Positions 9,481 through 19,488 of a stretch of DNA of 64,000 nt are shown in pieces; the stretch's first letter is position 1, and each line of letters starts with the position of its first letter. The stretch comes from an uncultured Myxococcales bacterium (GTDB lineage Bacteria > Myxococcota_A > UBA9042): NCBI GenBank assembly GCA_903842345.1, contig CAIMLR010000042.1, positions 92,857 to 156,856 on the forward strand, written 5' to 3'. Under the pieces are notes generated by a model. That model was not told the origin of the DNA, did no database searches, and saw only the letters and a program-made list of their open reading frames with translations. Both the position numbers and the translations under genes were made by a program.

Positions 9481-11827
9481 CATGAAGATGAGTGGCACTT
9501 TTCAGACGCGCCTGATGATGACGGCGCTGACTGCCGGCCTGCTGATGCTCGGTGCGTGCGGCACGAGCAGCACGGCTGACACGGACACGGGCATCGGCGA
9601 GGACACGCAAATCGACGTGCCGGGCGATGTCTCCGCAACCGACGCCGCAGCCGACACCGGCGTATGCGCCAAAGCCTGCAAGACACCACAGGGCCAGGAC
9701 GACCTGAGCCTCTGCGGCGACATGGGCAAGTACGACTGCGTCGCGGGCTGCTGCGTTGCCAAGTTCGTCTGCGCCAGCAACACCGACTGCACCAGCCGCC
9801 TCGGCCAGCCGGAGTGCCCGGACAACCGCTTCACTTGCGTGTGCGACGTGCCCAATGGCCAGTGCCTGCAGGGACAATGCACCAAGGACGCCGACTGCGG
9901 GACCGGCAAGATCTGTTCGCAGGGCGGCTGCATCGCGGCGCCCGCAGCGTCGAGCCTGCACGCGCGGCTGATCCGCACGGCGTTCGTCGGTAAGCCCGGC
10001 CAGACTGTTGACCTCGCGGTGGACCTCGGCGCCCAAGCGCTGGACGACAAGGGCAACGTGGCGACCGCCGCGACCTTCACGTTCAAGGTGACCGGTACCG
10101 GCGCCCCGACGGCGACGGCCGGCAAGATCGTGCTGCCGGATACGGCGGGCGACTACACCGTGACGGCACAAGTGACCGGCGGCGACGGCAAGGACTCGAA
10201 CCCGGCGATCGTGCTCAACTTCGGCAAGTCCGGGGCGGGCGTGCTGCGCGTTATCGCGGTCGATGAAGAGACGCTGCTCCCGCTGGACGGCAACGTCGTT
10301 GTGGTTGGCGCTTCCGATGCGACGACGCCGACTGCGGCGCAGACCGTGGCGCTGGTCAAAGGCCAGGCGACGTTCGCGACGCTGACCTTCCCCGCGGACA
10401 TCCACATCCTCGCGCCGAACCACGCGCCGGTTTCCGTGCTCGGCTACAAGCCGGAGGGCGCGACGGGCGACATCACGCTGGCCTCGCCGCAGGTCGCGTA
10501 CGCGGATGTCGCGCTGAGCGACGACGGCACGCTGGTCATGGACAAAATCATCGACGACAACGGCAAGCTCGTTCACCCCGGCACCAAGCTCATCAACCAG
10601 GACGTCCTGACGGGTGGCATCACGTACAGCGGCATCGGCGAAGCATCGCTCGGCCTGACTTCGCTCGCGTTCAACAACAGCCTGCTGAGCTTCTCGATCC
10701 AGTCGATCCTCGGCCCGAACGTGACGCGCAAGTTCGACAAGGACGCGCCGACGTTCCTCAATCCCGGCAACTACAACCAGATCCCCGGCGGCGTGACGTT
10801 TGGCCTCGGCAAGCCCGTTGTCGTCAAGTACTTGCTGACCGGCACGCCGGGCGCGCACAAGATCTGGACGCTGGCTGGCCACATCGAGCTCGCGACCATC
10901 TACGCGCAGATCGGCAAGGTGTTTGACGCGATCGACGGCGGCGTGGACATCGGCAAGATCGTCGCGGTGCTGCTGCCCTACCTGTCGACGTTCTACTCAG
11001 AAGTCGTGCCGGACGTCGCCTTTGGCACGACCGTGACCAATCCGCTGCACGAGCTGGACCTGAATCCGCAGTTCCCGCTGCTGGTCAAGACGATCATCAC
11101 GCCGCCCAAGCTTCCGTCGCTGGGCGATGGCACGTATGCGGACCTGATCTTCGCCATCGGTGGCGCGGAGCTGCCGTCGGGCGAGATCGTTCCGCTGGGC
11201 CTGAGCGCGGCTGCCGACAAGAACGAAAAGACCGACCCGTCGGACGGCATCGTCGATGGCGATCCGGAGAGCCCGGGCGATCAGGCCACGCTGTCGCTGT
11301 CGATGGCGCCGCTGCATTCCGGCCTGCTTGTCGGCAACGCCAATCACGTCATCGTGTCGGCGGCGGTTGTGTTGCAGGCGACGACCAAGGATGCGAACGG
11401 CAAGATCCTGACTGACCACAAGGAAGGCGGCTCGATCCAAATCACGCAGCCGGACTACGCGCCGGCGGCGCTGACCGTCCCGAGCTTCCTGCCCCTGCCG
11501 CTCGGCTCCATGTTTGACCCGACCGCGGGCACGCTGAAGGTCGTGGAAGTGCCGGGCGCGGACTTCTACCGCGCGACGCTGGAAGGGCCGATGGGCACGA
11601 GCTGGCTTGTGCTGCTGCCGAAGTCGGCGATTGGCGCGACGATCAAGCTGCCGGATCTGACGGCGCTCGGCGGCGATCAGGACTACCGCGCGACGGCCAA
11701 GAAGTGCAACGTCGGCGCGTTCGTGCTCAAGACGCCGCAGACCGTGCCGGCGATTCTGAACAGCAACGTGATGACGGACCTGCTCCGCAACGTGAAGCAG
11801 ACGTCGTTCACCAACGCGAAGCTGTAA
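9481..11827 (+). CDS. Large secreted lipoprotein with a Cys-rich N-terminal module; function unknown
   Basis: The RBS 'aagggg' lies 6 nt upstream of ATG 9481, and there is a lipobox 'LMLGAC'. The N-terminal region carries about 20 Cys, including 'CTKDADCGTGKIC' and 'CASNTDCTSRLGQPEC'. The ORF-track start at 9230 is an upstream in-frame extension. Confidence 0.7.
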
Positions 11828-11890
11828 GAGACGACCAGGTCGCGCTGGCGGCACGTCGATTGTGGACGTGACCGCCGGCGGCGCCGGTTG

Positions 11891-12847
11891 CTACTTCGCC
11901 AACTTGGAAGTCTTCAGGTAGGTCAGCAGCTCGGCATCCGTGCCCAGCAGCACGTGCGTCCGCGTACCCGCGCGGCGACCTGCGCCGAGGATCTGCGGAT
12001 ACGCCTCAAGCGTCGCGAGGAACGCGTACAGCTCCGGATCGGCGTTGTACGCATCGGCGTAAATCTTGGTCGATTCCGCCTCGCCCTGACCGGCGATTTC
12101 GCGCGATTTGCGGTACGCCTCGGAGCGAATCTCCGCCAGCTTGCGCTCCATCGTGCCCTGGATCTCCGCCGCCGCGCCCGCGCCTTCTGACCGATACTGC
12201 TCGGCGACTTTCTGCCGCTCCGCGATCATCCGGCCAAACACGTTCTGCTGCACAGCTTCAATGTAGTTGATGCGCTTGAGGCGCACATCAATGATGTCAA
12301 TACCATACGCCGCCAGCGTCATCTTGCGGGCGCGCTGCAGGATCTCCTTGTGCAGCTCCAGACGGCCTTTGCGCACGACCAGCTCGTCATGCGTCTCCGT
12401 GTCCATGCCCGGCATGTCGACCGCGCGCGTGTCCGGACGCACGGCTTCAATCAGGTTGTTCTCGGAGATCGTCAGCCGCACCGTCGACTCAATGACGTCA
12501 TCCAGCCGCGTCTGCGCGCCTTCCAGATCGCGCACGCTGCGCAGGAATTTCAGCGAATCGACGATCTGCCACCGCGCGGTGCAATCGACCCAGATGAAGC
12601 GCTTGTCCTTGGTCGGCACCTGCGCGCGGTCGCTGTCCCAGCGCAGGAGCTGTTTGCTGAACCGGTGGACCTTGTCCCACGGCGCGATGAACATCAGCCC
12701 CGGCGTGGTGCGGGAGACGCCCATCGGCTCGCCAAATTCGGTGATGACGACCTGCTCGAATTCGTTGACGACGACCAAGCAGTTCGCCGCCAGCCAGAAG
12801 CCAACGATGATGGTGACGAGGGCGATGAGGGCTGCGCGCTGGCTCAT
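11891..12847 (-). CDS. hflC: HflC (SPFH/band-7) protease modulator
   Basis: N-terminal TM segment and an SPFH domain. It forms an adjacent pair with HflK and overlaps it by 4 nt. Confidence 0.85.
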   Translation of the reverse strand: MSQRAALIALVTIIVGFWLAANCLVVVNEFEQVVITEFGEPMGVSRTTPGLMFIAPWDKVHRFSKQLLRWDSDRAQVPTKDKRFIWVDCTARWQIVDSLKFLRSVRDLEGAQTRLDDVIESTVRLTISENNLIEAVRPDTRAVDMPGMDTETHDELVVRKGRLELHKEILQRARKMTLAAYGIDIIDVRLKRINYIEAVQQNVFGRMIAERQKVAEQYRSEGAGAAAEIQGTMERKLAEIRSEAYRKSREIAGQGEAESTKIYADAYNADPELYAFLATLEAYPQILGAGRRAGTRTHVLLGTDAELLTYLKTSKLAK

Positions 12848-13875
12848 GGGGCACCTCGCGCGGGAGCGGCAGGTGTTTCAGGCATCTTCATCGCGCCACT
12901 TCCCAGTTGCAGGACCGGCAGGATGCCGCCTTTTTGACCGCCATCGAGCACGGTAATCTCGTCGATCGCCGGCAGCACTTGCGCCATCGTTTCCAGGTAC
13001 AGCCGCTTGCGCGTCACGTCCGGGGACTTCTTGTACTCAGCCAGGATCTGGCGGAACCGCTCGGAATCGCCCTTGGCGCGGTTGATGCGTTCCCGCCGGG
13101 CGCCTTCCGCGCGCTCCACGGCCTGCAGCGCCTCGCCTTCAGCCTTGGGAATCTCGCGGTTGTAGGCCGCGCGCGCCTCGTTGATCATCTTCTCGCGGTC
13201 CTGTTCCGCGCGGTTGACGTCGTTGAAGCTCGCCTGGACCGGCTCCGGCGGCGTCACGCCGCGCAGTTGCACCGCGATGACCTTGATGCCCGCCTTGTAG
13301 TTGTTGAACGACTTCTGCAGCAGCACCTGCGCTTCCGCCTCGATCTCGTTGCGGCCGACCGTCAGCAGATCATCGACCGTCCGGCTGCCCACCACTTCGC
13401 GCAGCACGGCCTCGGACAGGTCGCGCACCGTGTTGTCCGGCTCGTTGAGGTGAAACCAGTAGTCCGTCGCGCTGGTGATGCGATACTGCACGATCCACTC
13501 GACGTCGGCGATGTTCAGATCGCCCGTTAGCGTCAGCGACTCAACCGCATACGGCGCCTTGATGAATTCCGAGCGCACGTCTGCCTTGGTCGTGCGAAAG
13601 CCGAATTCCTGCTTCAGCACGCGCTCGGTCGGAAACCGCGCGACGGTGTCGAGGCCAAATGGCAGCTTGAAGTGAAAGCCGGGCCCTTCCGTCGTCGTGT
13701 ACCGGCCGAGGCGCAGCACCACGGCATGTTCGTCCGTTCCGACGGTGTAGAACGCAGACCGCGCCGTCGCTACCGCGAGGAGCGCCAGCACAACCCACAA
13801 AACCCAGTGAATCCAGGTTCCCGGTGGACGCCATTGCGGCGGCCGAAAACCAGCATCGCGGTGGGGCATAGCCAT
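12844..13875 (-). CDS. hflK: HflK (SPFH/band-7) protease modulator
   Basis: N-terminal TM segment, an SPFH domain ('AVVLRLGRY…') and a coiled-coil C-terminus. Confidence 0.85.
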   Translation of the reverse strand: MAMPHRDAGFRPPQWRPPGTWIHWVLWVVLALLAVATARSAFYTVGTDEHAVVLRLGRYTTTEGPGFHFKLPFGLDTVARFPTERVLKQEFGFRTTKADVRSEFIKAPYAVESLTLTGDLNIADVEWIVQYRITSATDYWFHLNEPDNTVRDLSEAVLREVVGSRTVDDLLTVGRNEIEAEAQVLLQKSFNNYKAGIKVIAVQLRGVTPPEPVQASFNDVNRAEQDREKMINEARAAYNREIPKAEGEALQAVERAEGARRERINRAKGDSERFRQILAEYKKSPDVTRKRLYLETMAQVLPAIDEITVLDGGQKGGILPVLQLGSGAMKMPETPAAPARGAP

Positions 13876-13893
13876 GTTCGTTCCTTTGCGGCG

Positions 13894-14366
13894 TCAGGAC
13901 GCCAAGTCGTCATCTTTGTCGTTTTCTGGCACGCCGCCAAAAAACCGCCGCAAAACGGCGTCGCTTCCCGGCTTCTCGACCGTCGCCGTCGGTGGCGGCC
14001 CGGCCTCCTCCGCGCGCACTTTGCGGGATTCTTCCAGAATCGCCTCAAAAAGGCTCGGCAAGCGCTGCATCAGGCGGGCCTTCATCGGCTCGCGCAGCGT
14101 GATCTGCTCGATGCCCTCAAACGCTTCCAGGAATAGCACCACGTCCGGCGGCAACACCGTGCGCACCCACTGCCAGCCGACCGGCGCGACGCTGTCCACG
14201 TCCTGCCAGCGCAGCCAATTGCCGACGACGCCACTCTCCGGATCGCGCGCCCGCAGCGTTCCGTCATCGTCGATCTCGGCGACAATGTAAGCCTTGCCGA
14301 CGACGTAGTTGTGGTTGTTGACGTTGCCGATCACGAAGATCTGACTGCCCACCGGCCAAGTACGCA
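13894..14366 (-). CDS. Hypothetical protein (~157 aa) downstream of hflKC
   Basis: The ORF-track entry 13894..14904 has an Arg-rich N-terminal half typical of a non-coding GC frame. A plausible start is 'MRTWPV' at 14366. Confidence 0.35.
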
Positions 14367-14433
14367 TGGCAACTCCATTCTGGCGACGCAGGACCACCCC
14401 CGCGGCGCGTAACATAGCACATCGCTGCGGCCC

Positions 14434-16047
14434 GTGCGGCCGTTGCAACCCGCCCGGGAATCGCGGATGCTGGCGCCCATGCAGATTCACGAGCTCTCCG
14501 CGCTGGACCTGAAAAAACACCTGGAAACGCGGCAGGTGTCCTCCCGGCAGATTGTGCAGGCGCTGATTGACCGGCGCCATGCAGTCGACGCAGAAGTTCG
14601 CGCGTTTGTCGTCGAATACGATGCCGAAGCGCTGCAACGCGCCGATGCCGCCGATGCCGCGCGCGCGCGTGGCGAATCGTGGGGCTTGCTGCATGGCTTG
14701 CCGGTCACGATCAAGGAAAACATCGACATTGCGGGTACCGACTCGACGATGGGCCTCAAGAATCGGCGCAACCAGCCCGCGACGACCGACGCCGTGACGG
14801 TGAAGTTGCTCAAGGATGCGGGCGCGATCGTCATTGGCAAGACCAACGTGCCGCAGCTGCTGCTGGCGCAGGAGTCCGAGAACGCGATCTGGGGCATCAC
14901 GCACAATCCATGGAACACGGGGCGATCGCCGGGCGGATCGTCAGGCGGTGAAGCGGCGGCGCTGGCGGCGGGCATGAGCGTGCTGGGCGTGGGCACGGAC
15001 ATCGGCGGGTCGATCCGCATTCCGGCGCATTTTTGCGGCATCCACGGCCTGAAGCCGACGGTCGATCGCTGGAGCAACCGCGGTTCGGCGACGGGGATCG
15101 CCGGCCAGGAGATGGTGCGCTCGCAGATGGGGCCGATGGCGCGGCATGCCCGCGATCTGGCGCTGCTGATGCAGGCGGTGGATCTGGAGAAGGCGGCGCG
15201 TTTGGATCCGGCGGTGATGCCGTGGCCGATTCCGGACTTTGCCAACGTCGATCTGCGCGGCATGCGCGTGGGCGTGACGCTGGATGACGGCTACCTGACG
15301 CCCAACGCGGGCGTGCAGCGCGCGGTCAAACTGGCGGCGGAGGCGCTCAAGTCTGCGGGCGCGACGATCGTCGATTACCAGCCGCCGGGACCGGACCTGC
15401 TGTTCACGTGGCTGGCGGGCATTTCCTCGGACGGCGGGGCGACGCTGCGCACGATGCTCGCGGGTGAGATGCCGGCGCGGCAGCTGCAGTCGACGGTCAA
15501 GGTCGCGCTGTTGCCCAGTCCAGTGCGCAGCCTGATGGCGGCGATCTTTGACGCGCGGGGCGACAAGCGCATGGCGCGGCTGCTGCGGTCGCTGGGCCAA
15601 AAGCCCGTGTCTGAGCTGTGGGCGCTGACCAACCAGCGGACGCTGCTGCGGCGCGCGGAGCTGGATGCCTGGCAGGCGCAGCAGCTGGATTTGGTGCTTT
15701 GTCCGCCGCACACGATGCCGGCGATGCCGATCGGCACGTCAGGCGACCTGACGATGACGCTTTCCTACGCATTCCGTTACGTGATGCTGAATTTTCCCGC
15801 GGGCGTCGCGCCGGTGACGCGCGTGCTGGAAGGCGAGACCGAGCGCGCGCATCCCGCGGACACGGTGGAGAAGCGCTGCGCGGAGGCGGAGCGCCACAGC
15901 GACGGCATGCCCGTGGGCGTGCAGGTCATTGCGCCGCCGTACCGCGAAGAGCGCGTGCTGGCAGCGATGGCAGCGATTGAAGACGTCGTGTCGCAGGATG
16001 TGCTGTACCCGCGGACGCCGATTGAGCCGCTGGGCAACGGCCGCTAG
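14434..16047 (+). CDS. Amidase-signature family amidase
   Basis: Amidase signature 'GGSSGGEAAALAAGMSVLGVGTDIGGSIRIPA' with a Ser-cisSer-Lys arrangement. Confidence 0.9.
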   Translation: MRPLQPARESRMLAPMQIHELSALDLKKHLETRQVSSRQIVQALIDRRHAVDAEVRAFVVEYDAEALQRADAADAARARGESWGLLHGLPVTIKENIDIAGTDSTMGLKNRRNQPATTDAVTVKLLKDAGAIVIGKTNVPQLLLAQESENAIWGITHNPWNTGRSPGGSSGGEAAALAAGMSVLGVGTDIGGSIRIPAHFCGIHGLKPTVDRWSNRGSATGIAGQEMVRSQMGPMARHARDLALLMQAVDLEKAARLDPAVMPWPIPDFANVDLRGMRVGVTLDDGYLTPNAGVQRAVKLAAEALKSAGATIVDYQPPGPDLLFTWLAGISSDGGATLRTMLAGEMPARQLQSTVKVALLPSPVRSLMAAIFDARGDKRMARLLRSLGQKPVSELWALTNQRTLLRRAELDAWQAQQLDLVLCPPHTMPAMPIGTSGDLTMTLSYAFRYVMLNFPAGVAPVTRVLEGETERAHPADTVEKRCAEAERHSDGMPVGVQVIAPPYREERVLAAMAAIEDVVSQDVLYPRTPIEPLGNGR

Positions 16048-16067
16048 CAACCGCTAGCTTCGTTCGC

Positions 16068-16865
16068 TCAGAATTCGCAGACGCCCAAGCCCGCCGCGGC
16101 GTTGCCGCCGACGTTGACCTTGTCGCAGAGGACGCCGGGCTCGCACAGCCACTGGGCGTCCATGCCGGTGTAGTTGCAGATGACGCGGCAGGTTCCACCG
16201 ACGCACAGCTGGCCCTTCTGGCACTCGTTGTAGAACGTGCAGGCGGCGCCGACCGACTTGCCGCCCGCGGCGCTGCAGAGGTTGGCCTTGCCGTCGGGGA
16301 AGCACTGTTCGGCGGACGGGCAGCCGCCAGAGCCAAACAGCGAGCAGACCGGCGTGCAGGAACCGCAGTCGCCGGGGCAGTCCGTGCAGGTCTCGTCGCT
16401 CTGGCAGGTGCCGTCGCCGCAAATGGAGGGGCAGTCGCCGCAGTCCAGCGGGCAGACCTTGCAGTTCTCCTTGTCGGCCTTGACGCACTTGCCGTCGCCG
16501 CACGTGGTGCTGATGTCGGCGCCAGTGACGCCGTCGGGCAGCGCGGTCGCCGTGCCATCCTCGGCCATATCGGCGGCAGTCGCGTCGTCGGGCAAGGCGG
16601 CGTCGCCGGTTGCGCCATCGGCGAGGAGGACCGCATCGGCCGCGGAGACATCGTCGGCATCCGCGACGGCATCGGCGTCCAGATCGGCGGTGTCAGCGAC
16701 GTCGGGCTTCCATTGACCGAGATCGCTGCCCAAAGTGACTTCAAACTGCGCCGAGATGCCCGGGCCACCATCTGCCGGATCCGCCAACGGCGTCAGACAG
16801 CCAGCAAGCGCGAACAGGATCGCGAGCGGCAGGAGGCGAAGGGGATGCGGGATGGCAGCAATCAC
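16068..16865 (-). CDS. Cys-rich secreted lipoprotein with an acidic Asp/Ala-rich N-terminus
   Basis: Lipobox 'LAGC'. The C-terminal half has about 30 Cys ('CGDGKCVKADKENCKVCPLDCGDCPSICGDGTCQSDETCTDCPGDCGSC'). Confidence 0.65.
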   Translation of the reverse strand: MIAAIPHPLRLLPLAILFALAGCLTPLADPADGGPGISAQFEVTLGSDLGQWKPDVADTADLDADAVADADDVSAADAVLLADGATGDAALPDDATAADMAEDGTATALPDGVTGADISTTCGDGKCVKADKENCKVCPLDCGDCPSICGDGTCQSDETCTDCPGDCGSCTPVCSLFGSGGCPSAEQCFPDGKANLCSAAGGKSVGAACTFYNECQKGQLCVGGTCRVICNYTGMDAQWLCEPGVLCDKVNVGGNAAAGLGVCEF

Positions 16866-16889
16866 GAAAAGAGTGGCTCGTTGCGAAGG

Positions 16890-19358
16890 TCAGTTCTGCG
16901 GCGGCGGCGCGCCGGTCGAAGAATTGTCGAACTTGATGATGTACTGGTCGCACGTCAACTGCGCGCCCGGCTTGGTGTACACGCGGACGTAGTACCACGC
17001 GGAGTTGTCCGAGCAGATGTTCATGCCCGGGTAGCCGCTGGGACCGCAGCCGATGCCGACGTGGTCGTTGATGACGCAGCCCGGATTGACCGCGTTGGCG
17101 GGCACGCAGTTGCATTCGCCCGCGACTTCCGGGACCGGCGACTTGGTGATGGCGCCGAGCGAGTTTGAGTTGCCCTTGTTTTTGGGACCGAACGGCGCGA
17201 CGGGGCCGTAGAACGACGTCGACCAATCGTGCTGCGTTTCCGCGGAGCAGACCTGGTCGCCCGCGCCGCAGCTGCCGCGGTACACATCGAACACGAACAG
17301 GCTGCCGGGATTGAGCACGAACGAGATGCGCACGTCGTATTGGTCGCAGCTGCCGCTGGTGCTGTTGCTGATGTCCGGCGTGTCCGTCGCGTTGAACTTG
17401 TACCAGTCGCCCGATTCGCCCGGCAGGATCTGGCCGGCCTTCTGGATTGTCGCGCTGCCGTCGGGCAGGACGCCGAGGTCAATCGCGTTGCCGCAGAACA
17501 TGCCCATGTTGCCGACGTTCTGCTCCGACTTGCACTCGCAGCCGTCGCTCGGGTCGCCGTTGACGTCGTAGTAGCCTTTCGCGCACGTGCCCACGCCGCA
17601 CGCGCCGTCGATGCACTTGGAGCTGCCGCCGGCGATGGCGCCGCACGTCGCGTCGGCCGAACCGTCGTCGGTCTTGCCGTTGCAGTCGTTATCGACCGCG
17701 TCGCAGATTTCCGATGCGCCGGGGTTGATGCCGCCGTTGCCGTCGTCGCAGTCGCCGGGCTGGCCGGCGGTGTTGGACTTGGTCGCCGCGCACAGGCACA
17801 AGCCCGTCGTCGTCACGCCGTACGTGTCGTTGTCCTGATCGACGTAGTAAAGCTTGCAGCCGATGGCGCCCTGCTCGTCGGTCTTGTCGTTGCAGTTGTT
17901 GTCCACGCCGTCGCAGACTTCGTCCACGCCGGGGTGAATCTTGCCGCCGGGGCCGGGCGTGTCGTCGCAGTCAGCGGCCTGGAGAATCCATTCCGAGGTC
18001 TGCTTGGACTTGCACAAACACGCAGAATCGTTGGGATTGCCAAAGCCATCGCCGTCGAGATCGTGGTAAAAGACGGTGCAGCCCTTGGAGCCGGATTCGT
18101 CCGTCTGGCTGTTGCAGTTGTTGTCGATGTTGTCGCAGATTTCCACGCCGCCCGGGTGGATCGACGCGTTGAAATCGTTGCAGTCGCCACCGTTGTTGCT
18201 GTAGCCCGCGCCGGGGTTGTTGCACAGGCAGTTCTCCGTGCTGGGGACGCCGGTGCCGTAGCCGTCGATGTCGTTGTCCTGGTACCAGTTCGTGCAGCCG
18301 CCGGCGCCGGGCTCGTCGGTCTTGCCGTTGCAGTCGTTGTCGATGCCGTCGCCGCACACTTCCACGGACGGCGCGGGCGCGTCGCACAGGGAGAGCGCGG
18401 TCAGGTTGGTCGACGCGTTGAAGACGCACTGGCGCTTGGACACGCACTGGCCGGCGGTGCTGGTCTTGCTGCAAATCGTCGACTTGCCCTGGACCGCCCA
18501 TTGGTCCTGGCACGAACACTCGCCGCTGTCGGGCACGCACTGCTTGACCGGCTTGCCGTTGTCGGAAAGTTTGAGCTCCTGACACGTGAAGCCCGTCTTG
18601 CAGGTCTCCGTCGGGTTGCCCTTGGCGTCCTTGCCCGGCGTGCACGCCGTCATGCAGAACGAGCCGTCGATGAAGCCGTGCTGGATCGTCTTGCTCGGAT
18701 CGCTCGGATCAGGCTCGGTCGTGCTGCGGTCAAACGGGACGCAGTAGTTGCCGGTCGTGCCGTTGGTCTGGCATTCCTTGTGCTCAGCGCACGGCATGCA
18801 CAGCGTCGGGTAGGCGGGAACGCAGATGTACTGCAGGTCGGTGCCGGAGCCGCCCTGGACGCACTTCCAGTCGGTCGGGCAGTTCTCCGTGCAGACCTGC
18901 GTGCAGACTTTGCCCTGCGCGTCGTCGATGCAATAGCCGCTGTCGCAGTCGCCGTTGTTGGCGCACGGGCAGCCGAATTGGCCGGCGAGCTTGCAGATGC
19001 CGGTGTCGGTCGTCGCGTCGGCGTCGGTCGTGCCGGTGCTGTCGTCGGCGTCATTGACGATCGCGTCCGTTGCGCCGTTGTCGGATTCCGTGTCCGCGTC
19101 GCTCTTGGTCGTGTCGGTGCCCTTCACGTCGCCGTTTTTCAGGCAGTACGCGTGGATGGTCTTGTCCGTCGAACCCGAGCAATCGCTGTCGTCGCAGTCC
19201 GTGCTGCCGTCGCCGTCGTTGTCGATCTTGTCGGAGCAGAGCGCCAGCGTGTCTTCCGTCGGCGTCGGCGTCGGCGTCGAGGAACAGGCGGCTGCGAGCA
19301 GCAACACCGCGGTCAGCAGCGCGGACGCCAAGCGGGTGGTGCTAAGTGGTTGATTCAT
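16890..19358 (-). CDS. Large secreted protein with multiple MopE-like 'putative metal-binding' cysteine repeats
   Basis: Signal peptide present. At least five repeats of 'C(D/G)xxDNDC(D/N)GxTDE…Y(Y/F)xDxDxDGYG', for example 'VCDGVDNNCNDKTDEQGAIGCKLYYVDQDNDTYG'. The N-terminus is acidic (D/T/S-rich). Confidence 0.8.
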   Translation of the reverse strand: MNQPLSTTRLASALLTAVLLLAAACSSTPTPTPTEDTLALCSDKIDNDGDGSTDCDDSDCSGSTDKTIHAYCLKNGDVKGTDTTKSDADTESDNGATDAIVNDADDSTGTTDADATTDTGICKLAGQFGCPCANNGDCDSGYCIDDAQGKVCTQVCTENCPTDWKCVQGGSGTDLQYICVPAYPTLCMPCAEHKECQTNGTTGNYCVPFDRSTTEPDPSDPSKTIQHGFIDGSFCMTACTPGKDAKGNPTETCKTGFTCQELKLSDNGKPVKQCVPDSGECSCQDQWAVQGKSTICSKTSTAGQCVSKRQCVFNASTNLTALSLCDAPAPSVEVCGDGIDNDCNGKTDEPGAGGCTNWYQDNDIDGYGTGVPSTENCLCNNPGAGYSNNGGDCNDFNASIHPGGVEICDNIDNNCNSQTDESGSKGCTVFYHDLDGDGFGNPNDSACLCKSKQTSEWILQAADCDDTPGPGGKIHPGVDEVCDGVDNNCNDKTDEQGAIGCKLYYVDQDNDTYGVTTTGLCLCAATKSNTAGQPGDCDDGNGGINPGASEICDAVDNDCNGKTDDGSADATCGAIAGGSSKCIDGACGVGTCAKGYYDVNGDPSDGCECKSEQNVGNMGMFCGNAIDLGVLPDGSATIQKAGQILPGESGDWYKFNATDTPDISNSTSGSCDQYDVRISFVLNPGSLFVFDVYRGSCGAGDQVCSAETQHDWSTSFYGPVAPFGPKNKGNSNSLGAITKSPVPEVAGECNCVPANAVNPGCVINDHVGIGCGPSGYPGMNICSDNSAWYYVRVYTKPGAQLTCDQYIIKFDNSSTGAPPPQN

Positions 19359-19488
19359 CTCGTGCCGCTCCCATTCATCCGTGCGCCGCGTCTGACCGCA
19401 AAGTCCAACGCGCGACCTACCCCGTCCAAAACTACCACATCCCGCGCTGGCCGCGAATTGTTCGCCACAACCGGGGCGCAGCGCGCGA

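Noticed and set aside
13894-14904. Full 336-aa minus-strand ORF
   Set aside because: The N-terminal two-thirds is Arg-rich frame noise overlapping the amidase gene start region. Only the C-terminal roughly 157 aa look protein-like.
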